DNA of 64,000 nt, taken from contig OX597839.1 of NCBI GenBank assembly GCA_951406725.2, positions 37,014,001 to 37,078,000 on the forward strand, given 5' to 3'. Of the stretch, positions 12,261-24,643 are shown piece by piece (positions within the stretch are counted from its first letter, which is position 1; every line of letters starts with the position of its first letter). The position numbers and the translations under genes are program-made. This stretch comes from Octopus vulgaris. Its lineage: Eukaryota. The notes below the pieces were generated by a model. The model saw only the letters and a list, made by a program, of their open reading frames with translations, did no database searches and was not told where the DNA came from.

Positions 12261-13097
12261 TTCCCTTGTCCTTATTTCCTGTGTGAATTTTCAAAATATT
12301 TTTATTTGTAGTTTTATTGAGTGCCATATAAAATGCTCATGATGAAAAATAGGAGAAAGCAGGTATGGTCCAGCATACCTACTTTTTCCTATTACTGATT
12401 TTTGTAACGTAAAGTTACAGGAAGATGAATACAAGAGAAGTGGTATGGGTAAGTAAGTCCATGAGAGTATGAAAGAAACATGACAGATGGATAGAGATGG
12501 CGATAGAGGAAAATGCAGCGAGTGATGAACATGAGACTGATGTTCAATCACTGCTAGCACCATTTTTGGTGGAGTCAATGTATTTTAAAGATTTCAACAG
12601 TTAAAAAAATCTCATCAATGCCCACATCACTTCTGCATGTTGTGATATTTCCAAGCAGTAATATAAGAATATCATTGTTCAGTTTCAAGAGATCTTCATT
12701 TTTATGAGTTTAATATTACATCTGATGATACACTTTCCATAAGTTCTTCATTGATTCTTTCCATTGAATCACTAAATGTGTCTCTGATAATAACACCTTA
12801 ACTTGAGATTAGTTGAGGAAGGAAGTATCTCTATTGGATCGTCAAATCAACGCTTATTTCTCTGTGTACCATTTCCAACATCATATAACCATGTATTAAA
12901 TTCTTTTTATCCAGTAATCCTCATATTTTCTGAAAGGCTTAGAAATTTCACATTAGACCAAATCTGTGATAATTTATTACAATTTCCAATAATAGCAGTT
13001 TTAGAACTCCTTCGTAACATGGGAGCAATTTGGCCAAAATCTCCAAACAGGAGAATTTTACAAACTAAATGCCTATTATAATTATGTTTTGCTTTAA

Positions 13098-13815
13098 CCC
13101 TTTTGACACCAACCCCGCTGGGACTGCCCCTGTTTTTATGATACAAACTTCCTGTTTAAAGTGATCTAAATTAAACCTTCCATCAAAATCTCATGTTAAT
13201 TTGTATTCCAAACAACCATTTTAATAATGATTTCTTTTATTTATTTTTTATTATTAACAAACAAAAACAAAAAAACTTTCCTCAAAACCAGCCATCCTTT
13301 TAAGCATCAGTTTAATAAAATGACAGTTATTTGATTAAATTCTCCATTATGGGCACAGGCATGGCTGTGTGGGTAAGAAGCTTGCTTTGCAACCATGTAG
13401 TTTTAGGTTCAGTCTCACTGTGTGGAACTTTGAGCAAGGATCTTCAACTACAGCTCCTGGTTAACCAAAGCCTTGTTGGTGAATTTGGTAGATGGAAACT
13501 GTGGGAGCCCTTTGTGTGTGTGTGTGTGTGTGTGTCTTTGTGCCTATGTTTGTCACTCGCACCACTTGACAACTAGTGTTGGTTTGTTTATGTCCCCCAT
13601 AACTTAGCACTTCAGCAAAAGTGACCCATAAAATAAGTACCTTACTTAAGTAAGCATTGGGGTCAGTTTGTCCAACTCAAAACCCTCCAAGGTAATGCCC
13701 CAGCATGGCCACCATCCAATGACTGAAACAAGTAAAAGACAGTAAAAAAAGCTCAATTTAAGAATTCATTGAAACATGGCAAGAGTATTTCAACAGAAAC
13801 GGTCAAAAGTAAGTC
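13098..13815. mobile_element. piggyBac-type non-autonomous element, interrupted by a SINE
   Basis: Begins TTAA|CCCTTTTGACACC; right end degenerate; family A SINE nested at 13351-13745. Confidence 0.55.
13351..13745 (+). mobile_element. SINE family A, full length, diverged
   Basis: Colinear with 8889-9312 from GGCATGGCTGTGTGG to GACTGAAACAAGTAAAAG. Confidence 0.88.
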
Positions 13816-14249
13816 AATCGTTTGCGAAATGTTAGTAATTGGCATCAAAGTTTTATCTGTGATGGAGAATTCATTAATGAATAGTGGCTTTGAGAGTTCT
13901 CAGAGTTCTACATTCATTTGTCTGTAAACCATTTCTAATCTTTATACTTTCTGATTGGTTTAGCACTTTTACATTTGGCCAAAACTGAAGTGATTTAATA
14001 CAATTTTCTACAATAGACAGAACCATTAAAATCCCTTGGTATCATGGCAGTAATTTAGCCAAAATCTCCTAACACTTTACTAACAAAATATCTGTCATGA
14101 CTCATATTTTGCTTCAAGAGTATGTCGGTGGCTTATTGATTGTTAGTGGATAGCATCAAAGCTTCAACCTATGATGAAGAATTTAACAATTTTGTAGATA
14201 TTGAGTCTTCAGATGATATCTTCATATGAGAGGCTGATGTTTACAATAC

Positions 14250-14487
14250 TCTTTTACTTGTTTCAGTTATTTGACTGCGTCCATGCTGGAGCACCGTTTT
14301 TAGCCAAAGAAATTGACCCCAGGGTTTATTCTTTGTAAGCCTAATACTTATTCTATCGGTGTCTTTTGCCGAACCGCTAAGTTACGGGGATGTAAACACA
14401 CCAGCATTGATTGTCAAGCGATGTTGGGGGAACAAACAAAGACACACAAACATATACACACACATACATATATATATATACACACAT

Positions 14488-14550
<63 letters not shown>

Positions 14551-14713
14551 TACGATGGGCTTCCTTCAGTTTCCGTCTACCAAATCCACTCCCAAGGATT
14601 TGGTCGGCCCGAGGCTATAGTAGAAGACACTTGCCCCAATGCCATGCAGTGGGAATGAACCTGGACCCATGAGGTTGGTAAGCAAGCTACTTACCACACA
14701 GCCACACCTGCGC
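14250..14713 (-). mobile_element. SINE family A, full length
   Basis: Reverse complement of 8889-9312 with an expanded (TA)n; flanked by a 75-bp direct repeat. Confidence 0.92.
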
Positions 14714-15678
14714 TGAAGAATTTAACAGTTTTGTAGATATTGAGTCTTCAGATGAGATTTTCATGTGGGAGGCTGGTGTTTTCAATACAGATACAAATAC
14801 TTTTAAAAGGTACTTTTAAACTGCTGCATACACTACTTTCCCATCAATTGATAAATTTGCTGAAATGCCTGTTGTAGCAGGGAACAAAGCTGTCTTTTTG
14901 TTATTATTAAGATACTGAATGAATGTATTGTATATAGATGTTTCCTCCACAAGCATCTTGGTCATCTAAAGAAGAAAACTGTGTGGCTCTTCAGGGACTC
15001 CAACTGAAGAGAGTAATAGCTGAAATACTTGCCACTGTGTTTCAGTTAGATTTGCTGAACACCTGCAGAGGTTTTGAAGAATGTCAGTGGATATTATTTT
15101 CAGCTATTTCATTAAACACTAAAAAATCTGGAGAAGGAAGACCAAGGACAGAACAACTTAACCCATAGACCAACAAAGGCGATTCTACATCTCTCAGAGA
15201 TTTATTTCTTCTTCTTTTTCTCAATAGCTAAATTTCTTGAATTGTCTCCAAGGAAGTCTTCCATCATTTGGTTTTCAAATATACAAAGAAGTTCTGCAGA
15301 ATCGTTAGGTACATTCAAGGCACAAATCAGAGAGCATACACAGATATTTCGGTTGTGAAGGCAATTGCACTAATGATGCTTCTGCAAAGCATCTCTGCCA
15401 TTCATCATCATTTTCCGGTAGTTTTCTTCATTCAGTAACTTCTTTGTAGGCATTGTACACTACTCAGCCATAAGTTTGTAACTCCTCAAATCTCAGAGCT
15501 TCTCTAACATGAATTAACAATTGCCTTGAATGAATTCTTCCAATATTTTTACAGTTTGCTGAACATAACTTTGTCCTGTCCTCTGTAGTGTGGCTTCCAT
15601 GCTGTTATCTTTTATCTTTTACTTGTTTCAGTCATTGGACTGTGGCCATACTGGGGCACTGCCTAAAAGGTTTTAGAC

Positions 15679-15879
15679 CAGTGCTTTTCAAACTTTTTGC
15701 TGGAGCGGAACCTCAAGGAAACATTCTACTGGCTCGAGGAACCCCTGTGCAATAATTTAATAGTCTTATGCACACATATCTGCACAGGAGACTTAAAAAT
15801 TACTGCTGATTTTAGCAGTTTTGTAACTTCTTGCGGAACCCCTGGACTGTACTGGTGGAACCCTGGTTGAAAACCACTG
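15679..15879. mobile_element. hAT (Charlie-like) MITE
   Basis: TIRs CAGTGCTTTTCAA / TTGAAAACCACTG; perfect 8-bp TSD TTTTAGAC; inserted in a family A SINE tail (15617-15900). Confidence 0.9.
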
Positions 15880-16797
15880 TTTTAGACAAACAAATCAACA
15901 TCAGCAGTCAAGTAGTCATGGAGGAACATAACGGTTCAGGGAGTTGGTTTGGTTTGTGACCTGTTAATCCCTTTGCTTGTATATCGGATTACTTTGGTGG
16001 TATTTCACTCCTTTTTAGTTGTCTATAAGAGTTATTTTATTGTTCTTTGTCTTCTCATTTCCTTTTTCTCTTTCTTTTCTGGTGTCACATAAAAAGCACC
16101 CAGTACATTCTGTAGAATAGAAATGGCGAATTCTCTCATTAATTCTAACTGTTCTCAGATAAGCTCAGTCAATGCCTTCTTGCTTGTTCCCTCTCTAATA
16201 TTTTTTTCTTTTCTTTTTTTCAAGAGCTGTCTTCATTAACAAATTAATTAAAGTAGAAACATAAACCAATTTGTGTTCCTGCCTGAGAAAAATTTAAAGT
16301 TAAATATGTTTTATAGTTAGATAATGTTACAGAAACATTATAACAACACAATATAATAACATTAACAGACAAACAAAATAATATTGTTTGTACTCTACAC
16401 TGTTGATCATGTTTTGAGTCAACTTTAGGCTAGTTATGAAGAACAAAGAAATAACATGACAGTTCATAGAAATTACATGACTGAAAAAGATTTAATATTT
16501 GTTCACAAATTGTTACATTCCAATAAAGGTGTATTTGTGTCTGAATGTGTCTAGTTTTAAGGCATTGTCAAATGGTGGTGGTGAATCTCCACTGTTTGAC
16601 AATGAAGATTCAATTGTCTGGTCAACTAAATTACCTTCTCCTGGATTAACATGTAAGTGACTGAACAGTCGACAGACGTGTGTACCCTCAATGTAATTCT
16701 TAGGCAGAATCAACATGACACAGAGTATGTAACAAGACTGTGCCTTTTGAATAACAGGCACAATCCACCTAACTCTGGTACAAGCCAGCTCACTGCC

Positions 16798-16840
<43 letters not shown>

Positions 16841-17310
16841 GACTGTCCCAATCGATATAAACATATCTGTCAAGACCTACCAAAAACTGAGCAAATATAA
16901 AGATCTTGAAATAGAAATCAGCAAAATGTGGAAGCTGAAGATTAAAACAATACCTGTTGTCATAGGTGTCCTGGGAATGATAGCAAAAGGGGCTGATTGC
17001 TACCTAACTCAGATACCAGGAAACCCCAAAATGGCAAAAATTCAAAAGATAGTGCTCATGGGAACTGCTCATATCCTAAGCAAAATACTTTCTATGTAAT
17101 CTCAAGGTTTAAAACAAACATAATTTTCCTTTTTTTTTTTTTGAGACATTCACTAGTACAACACCAAAAAAAACCAACAAATATATGGCACACTAGGCAT
17201 AACAACAACATGAACTTCCAACCTGTTGTCTCTTGAGGTCTCTGGGTGAGACTTGGAGCCAACTTGCACAAATATAAAGCAAAAGTCAAAACATAGAATA
17301 ATAATAATAA
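16841..17310 (+). mobile_element. 5'-truncated R4/Dong-clade LINE inserted in (TAA)n
   Basis: Translates TVPIDINISVKTYQKLSKYKDLEIEISKMWKLKIKTIPVVIGVLG..IQKIVLMGTAHILSKILSM* (restriction-like endonuclease C-terminus); (TAA)n on both sides. Confidence 0.88.
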
Positions 17311-17321
17311 CAACAATAACT

Positions 17322-17790
17322 AGCTGAACCTGTGAAAAATTCAGGCCTTGTGCCAATAGCAGAAAGGATTATCATTATTATTATCAATGTTATTATAGTT
17401 ATAGGAGTATTTTGTCTGATTTACGTTCTGAGTTCAAATTCCACCAAGGTCAACTTAACTTTTCATCCTTTCGGGGTCAATAAATCAAGTACCAGTTGCA
17501 TACTGGGGTCAATCTAATTAATGGACTGGCCCCCCTCCCCCAAAATTTCAGGCCTTGTGCATAGAGTAGAAAAGATTATTATAGTTATAGGTGCACCGGA
17601 CAAAATCCTTTGCAGCATTTCTTCTGGCTTTTACATTCTGAGTTCAAATGCTGCCAAGGTCGACATTCCTTTTTATCCTTTTGGGGTTGATAAAATAAGT
17701 GCCAGTTGAGCACTTGGAAGTGGGGGCGTGCGATAGAATTGACTACGCCTCCTGAAATTGCTGGTTCTGTGCCAGAATTCGAAACCATTA
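17322..17790 (+). mobile_element. Head-to-tail array of MetaSINE-like family D units
   Basis: TTCTGAGTTCAAAT..AAGGTCGAC..TTTCATCCTTTCGGGGTCAATAAA..AAGTACCAG occurs twice, with three tails (AATTTCAGGCCTTGTGC..AGAAAAGATTATT). Confidence 0.8.
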
Positions 17791-18479
17791 GTGTTATTGT
17801 TACGTTCATAACTGAGCTATTCAAACTGTACACATCATTGCTTCATAAGTCCATCTGTCACTGTTGTTCTTAATTCCAACAAGGCATTTAAATGTAGTGT
17901 CCACAGTTCACCAAATTCCTTCTTATATTTCGAATATTAACAAAGTGAAAGGAAAATGTAAGATCTCAAAGGGAAAGAACAATTGTATATGGTTAGTTGT
18001 GTTCGTTAGAAAGCTGCTTTCTCCATAAAAGGAAGATAAATGGCAGAATGTACAGATTTAAACCGGAACAAAGCAAGAAGCCCTTGAGAATTCAATAATA
18101 GATATTGCTGAGAGCAGCAGCGAGTGGATTAAATCTGTTTAATCTATGCAAAGTTTTAGCATGGATAAAATTGATTAAACTGACTTTCGGCTTTAAGTTA
18201 GTTTCATATGTTGAAACTGTGTTATTACTTTCGCTTGCTTGCTGCAGAATCTCTGATGGAAATACACTGTGATTAGCCAAGCAAACAAACTTTGTCGTTT
18301 CATTAATAATAGACGAACGTGATCAGGAATAGAAGGCTGGTTTAAAGCTGTGCTGGATCTTTGTGGATTAGCTGTACAATAAATACAGAACAAGCCATGT
18401 TGCCACCAAATACAAACACAGGAAGCTTTACATGAATAACAAGTGGGTAAATGAATTCTATCTAGTTTGAGTGGAGGGG

Positions 18480-18845
18480 AAATGGCGGAATGAAATTAAA
18501 GTTATGGAAGCACAGGGGCATAGAAATGACATCAGTATATTTATGGAAGGACATTGTCATAAAGTGACAAATATATTTACGGAAGGACATTGGTGTAAAA
18601 ACGACATAATCCTATATATGGAAAGATACTGGCATAAAAATGACATAAATATATTTATGGAAGGGCGTTGGTATAAAAATAACACAAGTCTATATATAGA
18701 AAGACAAAAGATAAGAAATAATGTTGGAATATTTATGTAAGGATATCAGCACAAGAAATCAAGTCAGTATATTTACAGAAGGATATTAGCTCAAAAAATG
18801 ATGTCATTATATTCATGGAAGCATGCTGGTATAAAAATGATATAT
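18480..18845. repeat. Degenerate 39-bp minisatellite, about 9 units
   Basis: Recurrent ATATTTATGGAAGG..TGG.ATAAAAATGAC at ~39-bp spacing. Confidence 0.85.
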
Positions 18846-19249
18846 ATGTTCTTCAAAAACTTGTGTAAGGGAAAACAGTTTAGGTGTCAAAGTTGTTAGA
18901 TAGCGGAAGAAAGGTTGTGATGCACTGGGATGTAACTATGGCTAAATGTACAAGTCTATCTGGATATACCACAGGCCAGGGATACTGCAGAAAGGGAGCT
19001 TCTGTGTGAATGCTTGATATGCTAAAAGTTGCATCCAAATTCATTCAAATTACATTTTTCAGTTTTAGAAAAGAAAGGGTGCATTTAATGAAGTTAATTA
19101 ATTCACATTGCTTGGAATGGTCGTGGCTGGTATCTTTTGATTATAGATCTGCTTCATCTCAGCTGACCTGGAGCTAAACAGTGATAAAACCACTGGGAGA
19201 TGGTCAAGTGGTTTTGCTAAATGGCACAGACGTGTTCAAAATTTATCTG

Positions 19250-19720
19250 TGATAATGAAGGTGACGATGATGATGATGATGTTGATGGTCATAGAGATGG
19301 TGGTGGTGGTGGGATGACAACGGTGGTGGTGGTGGTGGTGGTGGTGATGGTGATGCCTGCAGCAGTTGGGATGGAAGCTGTGATGAAGGGAGTGGTGGTG
19401 GTTTATGACTATGATGGTGATGATGATAGTGATGATAATGGTTCTGGTGGTGATAGCGATGATGATGATGATGTTAATGGGAGTGGTGGTGATGATAGTG
19501 TGATGGTAGTGAAGGAGATGATGATGATATTCCCATGAAACCAACAACATCTCCACTACGACTGCAATCAATGGCGGTGATAGCAGTGATGATATTAGTT
19601 GTGGTGGTGGCAATGATGATGGTGGTGGTGGTGGTGGTGATGGTGATGGTAGTGGTGATAGTGGTAGCAGGAGGACAATGGTGGTGGGGTGAGCGATGGT
19701 GGTGTCGATGTTAACGATGG
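19250..19720. repeat. (GAT)/(GGT) trinucleotide low-complexity tract
   Basis: Mixed GAT/GGT runs. Confidence 0.92.
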
Positions 19721-19919
19721 TGAATCACAACAACAACAACAACAGTGACAGGTATCATTATCCATAGCTGACATATCTGCATACGAAATCAGCCATTACT
19801 GATATCCCTTTGCCATGAAACATTCTTACTGCACACAACAAAGCATTTTATTAAAAAAGGGGGGGAGAAAAAATATTGCTGGTTTCCTTCTATTATAATT
19901 CCGTTCACTTCTGGGAAGC

Positions 19920-20095
19920 TTTAGAGGGGATATTAAATCGACCCCAGTACTTAATTGGTACTTTATTTCATCGATCCCTTCCGACACGATCAAACACAAA
20001 GTTTGACCTCAGTGGGGTTTCGACACAGAATGCAATAACACCGTAACTAAATGCAGCAGCCATTTTGTTCAATGCACTAACGATTTTACCATTCC
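19920..20095 (-). mobile_element. Degenerate family D (MetaSINE-like) copy
   Basis: ATCGACCCCAGTAC..TGGTACTTTATTTCATCGA..AAAGTTTGACCTC, colinear with 35530-35680. Confidence 0.6.
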
Positions 20096-20265
20096 ACTGG
20101 TTTTGTGTGTGTGTGTGTGTGTGTGTGTTCATGGACATGTGTGTATAAATGCATTTGTATGCTTTGTATAATATATATTATCATATTCATATGTTCATGC
20201 ATGCATACTTATGTCTACATACAACCATAACCATACATACATACATGCATTTATATATATATATA

Positions 20266-20317
<52 letters not shown>

Positions 20318-20439
20318 TATATATGTATATACATATCAGATTTTCGATTGGAAGAAACAAATACCTTATTATTCTGGCACTTAATATCTGAAGATAGATG
20401 ATTGGTTTTTCTTTATGAAGAAATAACAGAGAATAATGA

Positions 20440-20462
20440 AAACAAAAGAATGAGAGAGAGAA

Positions 20463-20501
<39 letters not shown>

Positions 20502-21130
20502 AATTGGGAGAGGATATGGAATGGAAGAAAAAAAGAAAGAAAGAAAGACAAGAAGAAAGAAAGAAAAAATGGCAAATGAATGAGTGGTATGAAAGAGGGA
20601 AATAAGGACAGAAAGGAGTGAATGAAGTAAAGACAGAAAGAAACTAAAGAATGAATTAAGGAAAGAAGGAGGGAAAAAAAGAGAGAACTGAAAGAAAGAA
20701 TGAATGATGAATGAGAGAAGGAAGAAAAGAAAGAACTGACAGAAAGAATGAATGAGAGAAGGAAGGAACAAAAGAAAGAACTGACAGAAATAATTAATGA
20801 ATGAGAGAAGGAAGGAAAGAAAAGAATGAATTAATGAAAGACAAGAAAGAATGAATGAATGAATTAATGAAAGACAAGAAAGAATAAAAGAATGAATTAA
20901 TGAAAGACAAGAAAGAATGAATGAATGAATGAATGAATGAATGAAGAATGAAATAAAGGAAGAATGAATGCTAGAAAAAACAAAACAAAGAGAGAATTAA
21001 TTAATTAACTAAGGAAAAGGGGAGAAAGAAAGAGAGAAGAATCAAAAAGACAGAATGAATGATTGTAAATAAAGAAAGAAAGAAAAAAAGAAAAGAACAA
21101 CAAAATGAAGAAAGAATGGAAGAAAGGCGC
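20440..21130. repeat. Purine-rich (GA)/(GAAA)/(GAAT) tract
   Basis: Strongly strand-biased simple repeats. Confidence 0.9.
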
Positions 21131-21161
21131 TGAATGGAAAGTAAAGGCGACAACATGATGT

Positions 21162-21196
21162 TGTGTGTGTGTGTGTGTGCGTGTATGTGTGTGTGT

Positions 21197-21256
<60 letters not shown>

Positions 21257-21271
21257 GTGTATGTGTGTGTA

Positions 21272-21303
<32 letters not shown>

Positions 21304-21318
21304 TGTGAGTGTGTGTGT

Positions 21319-21373
<55 letters not shown>

Positions 21374-21399
21374 TGTGTATGTGTGTGTGTGTGTATGTA

Positions 21400-21455
<56 letters not shown>
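21162..21455. repeat. (TG)n microsatellite with TA interruptions
   Basis: Direct inspection. Confidence 0.97.
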
Positions 21456-21456
<1 letters not shown>

Positions 21457-22009
21457 ACGTGCGTGCAGCAAGTTAACAGTGTAAATAACGCCACAGGACA
21501 TCAGCAGAATTGAAACACACTGGAGAATAAATTTAGATTTAAAAGTCTTCTTCGAAAACAAAACAAAAGAGAAAAATACAAAAAAAAAAAAAACAGAAAA
21601 AAAAACCCCAAACACACAACTTGTTGCAAGGCAGGAAAAGCAACAAACCTTTCTACATAATCCCCCCCCCCACCTTGCCCATCCCTACCACCTTTTCGTG
21701 GACTAAAAACCATGTCATGTCAGTTGTAAAGTAAATATGGCTTTTTAGAGGGATTTCTCTTTTTTTTAATGGTTATATGTACTTTTGCAATTATTTGTTG
21801 TTGATGTTGTTGTTGGTGCCGTTGTTGTGGTTCTTCATTTCCATCTTCCAATTCTAATTCTTCCACAATGTATTTCAAATACACGCAAGAATAAATAAAT
21901 GAGTGTGTGTGTATTTCAAATACATGCTAGAATAAAATATATATATATTTTATTTATACGTATACATTTTGCGTATGTGTGTATGAGTATGTTTAACACA
22001 TTTATATAG

Positions 22010-22019
<10 letters not shown>

Positions 22020-22089
<70 letters not shown>

Positions 22090-22208
22090 CATATATACAC
22101 ATATATATATATACATATATATATATACATATATATATATACATATATATATACATATATATATATACATATATACATATACATATATATATATACATAT
22201 ACATATAT

Positions 22209-22256
<48 letters not shown>
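22020..22256. repeat. (TA)n/(TACA) microsatellite
   Basis: Direct inspection. Confidence 0.97.
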
Positions 22257-22259
<3 letters not shown>

Positions 22260-22664
22260 GTGTGCATGTATACATGTGGATGGTATGAGGCGTGTGTGTA
22301 TGTGTGTATAAATGAATCTGGTTTGTGTAGTGTGTACGCATACCTTCATGAAAAATAAAAGGACACACTGAAGTAGAGCAAGATTTAATTTGAGTATTGC
22401 AAACTTCAATATATCTTAATGACTGTCAGTTTCAACTTTCAATCAGAAGATGTGACTGGCAGTTCACTAGGATGTATTGAACTGTCCATATCTATATAGG
22501 CAATCTTCATCAATTTGTCGTATGTAGTACTTGTGAACTTATAGTTTTAACTTTATATTATATTTTATAAATCTTAACTGCTTGGAATATAGTTACTTAC
22601 TCTATACACACCCACACATAGATACATACATACACACACATGTGTGTGTGTGTGTGTGTGTATA

Positions 22665-23680
22665 TTGGATCATCTCAAAAATAATGCAGTTTTTTTATAT
22701 TTCTTTTATTTTTCAAAATTAAGATTAACAAAGTTCTTTTTTAATCTAAAATCTACAATGCTCTTCTATCAATCTGGTAGACTTGCAAGGTCCCTCTTCC
22801 AAAATTCACTTGTCTGTGAGGAAAAATACTCATCCACTACTGTTCTGACCTCATCTACAGAGTTCATATTTTTTCTGTCCTGATGATTTTGAAGACTGCA
22901 GAATAAATTATAATCAAATGGGGCAATGTCTAGTGAATATGGTGGGTGAGGCATTGTTTCCCATTCAAACTGCTCCAGCCTGTGAAATATCATCCTCACT
23001 GTATGTGGCTGAGCATTTTCCTGGTGGAAGAACCCCTTTTGTCTTGAAACCAAAGATGGTCGTTTTTCTTCTAAGTTCATTTGAGAGACATGACAGCAAA
23101 GAAGAGCACACATTCACTCTTGGAAAGTTTGTGAGGAACCCATTGACCCAATTTGCTGACTTTTCCAATGGCATGCAGGTATTGATGAATGGTTGAATAA
23201 CCAAATCTAAGCTTCTCTGCTAGTTCCTTAACAGTCACGATGGGATTTTCTTTCACCAGAGTTTGCAGGATGTCTTCATCGAGCTCTACAGATCTTCCAG
23301 GATGTGGCTCATCTTCTAGGCTGTAGTTTCCGGCTTGGAAATTCTGGAACCACTGTCAACACTGGCTTACATTTATTGTCTAATCCCCATATACTGCATT
23401 AATATTCTTTGCACTTTCCGTTGCGTTGTTGCCTTTATTGAACTCATAAAGCAAAATATGCCAAATATGCTCCTTTATCACTTCCATTGTAGCTTTGTAA
23501 AAAATAACTGTTAAAATCGAACTGCACTCTTCAAAACTTGCACTGAGAATAAGTATTAAAAAAACCCAGTAGAATTAAGACTTGCTTCCATAGCAAGTTG
23601 ATGCAGGCAATTTATCCTGTTCCCCTCCAACTTTTACTTCATGCAATTGAAAAAAAGCGCATTATTTATGGGATGTTGAT
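22665..23680 (-). mobile_element. mariner transposon, internally deleted; transposase pseudogene ~22741-23487
   Basis: N-terminus MEVIKEHIWHILLYEFNKGNNAT; C-terminus FHQENAQPH..HPPYSLDIAPFDYNLF; degenerate TIRs TTGGATCATCTCAAAAATAATGCAG / CGCATTATTTATGGGATG; TA at the left end. Confidence 0.9.
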
Positions 23681-24009
23681 TCACCAGAAGTAATAAATTA
23701 TGGGACTCAACATAAATAGAGTATTCTTTAACACGTAATAACTGAAAGGCTGTGATTTCCAGAGCCCAGAGTTACTCACTTCTGCTCCTCAGTCAGTAAA
23801 CCAAGCCTGCTTTTCTTTTGAAATATCCTTTGTCTAAAAATTTTTTTGAGATATGAAATGAAAATTTGAAGAAAACATAACTAAGTATCTTTTATGCAGA
23901 TACAAGCTTCTTTGAATTTTGTTTTGGTTCAGAATAAAAAACAGCTTTCGAAATTTTTAATAAATAGGTTTTATTGATATATGTTTTAGTGTGTGTGTGT
24001 CTGTATATA

Positions 24010-24142
24010 TGTATACACGAATATATAATTCTGTGTATATAAACGAATATATAATTCTGTGTATATACACGAATATATAATTCTGTGTATATACACAAAT
24101 ATATAATTCTGTGTATATACATGAATATATAATTCTGTGTAT
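24010..24142. repeat. 26-bp minisatellite, 5 units
   Basis: ATATACACGAATATATAATTCTGTGT repeated five times with small variants. Confidence 0.92.
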
Positions 24143-24643
24143 ATATGTGTGTGTGTGTATGAAGGTACATGTATATATATGTATGCATCCGCATAGATGC
24201 ATGCAAAATGAACAACAACATACATACTCATTGTTTTTAAAAAACATTAATTAAAAAAGAATTAATTAAAAGTATTATTTTGAAACATTGCTTATAAAAG
24301 CAACACAATTTCATGACTTTGCTTGTATGGAGTTTGTGATGTTTCTAATAATATTACCATGAGAACCAAAAGAGAAATCAAAAGCATGAGCTGTTTTCAC
24401 ACATCATTCACATGGGTTTTTATGTAAAAGAACATAAGGATAAGTGTTCCTTTCAAATTTTCATTTCGTTTTTCAAAACATATTTAATCAAATGAAAACC
24501 AGGCTTCGTTTATCAGCTGATGATCGGATCTGAGTAACTCCGACTACTGATCATCATTTAACATTTGTTTTCCACACACACACACACACACATAAATATA
24601 TCATCATCATTTAACATGTTGTCCATACATACGTACATACATA

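Larger units (their letters stand above)
12560..15600 (-). mobile_element. Decayed autonomous Helitron (Rep C-terminal region and PIF1-like helicase), interrupted by later insertions
   Basis: Minus-strand remnants: RQLLIHVREALRFEELQT..NDDEWQRCFAEA (~15370-15530), ATTGISA (~14870), ILLFGDFGQIAPM..SQIWSNVKFLSLSENMR (12907-13075), in Helitron order; many stops and frameshifts. Confidence 0.8.

Noticed and set aside
18480-18845. CRISPR-like array
   Set aside because: Contiguous degenerate units without unique spacers, eukaryotic context, no cas genes. The same applies to 24010-24142.
21001-22409. Long HT/CV/YI-rich ORFs here and at many other loci
   Set aside because: They are translations of dinucleotide and tetranucleotide microsatellites that lack stops, open in several frames on both strands.
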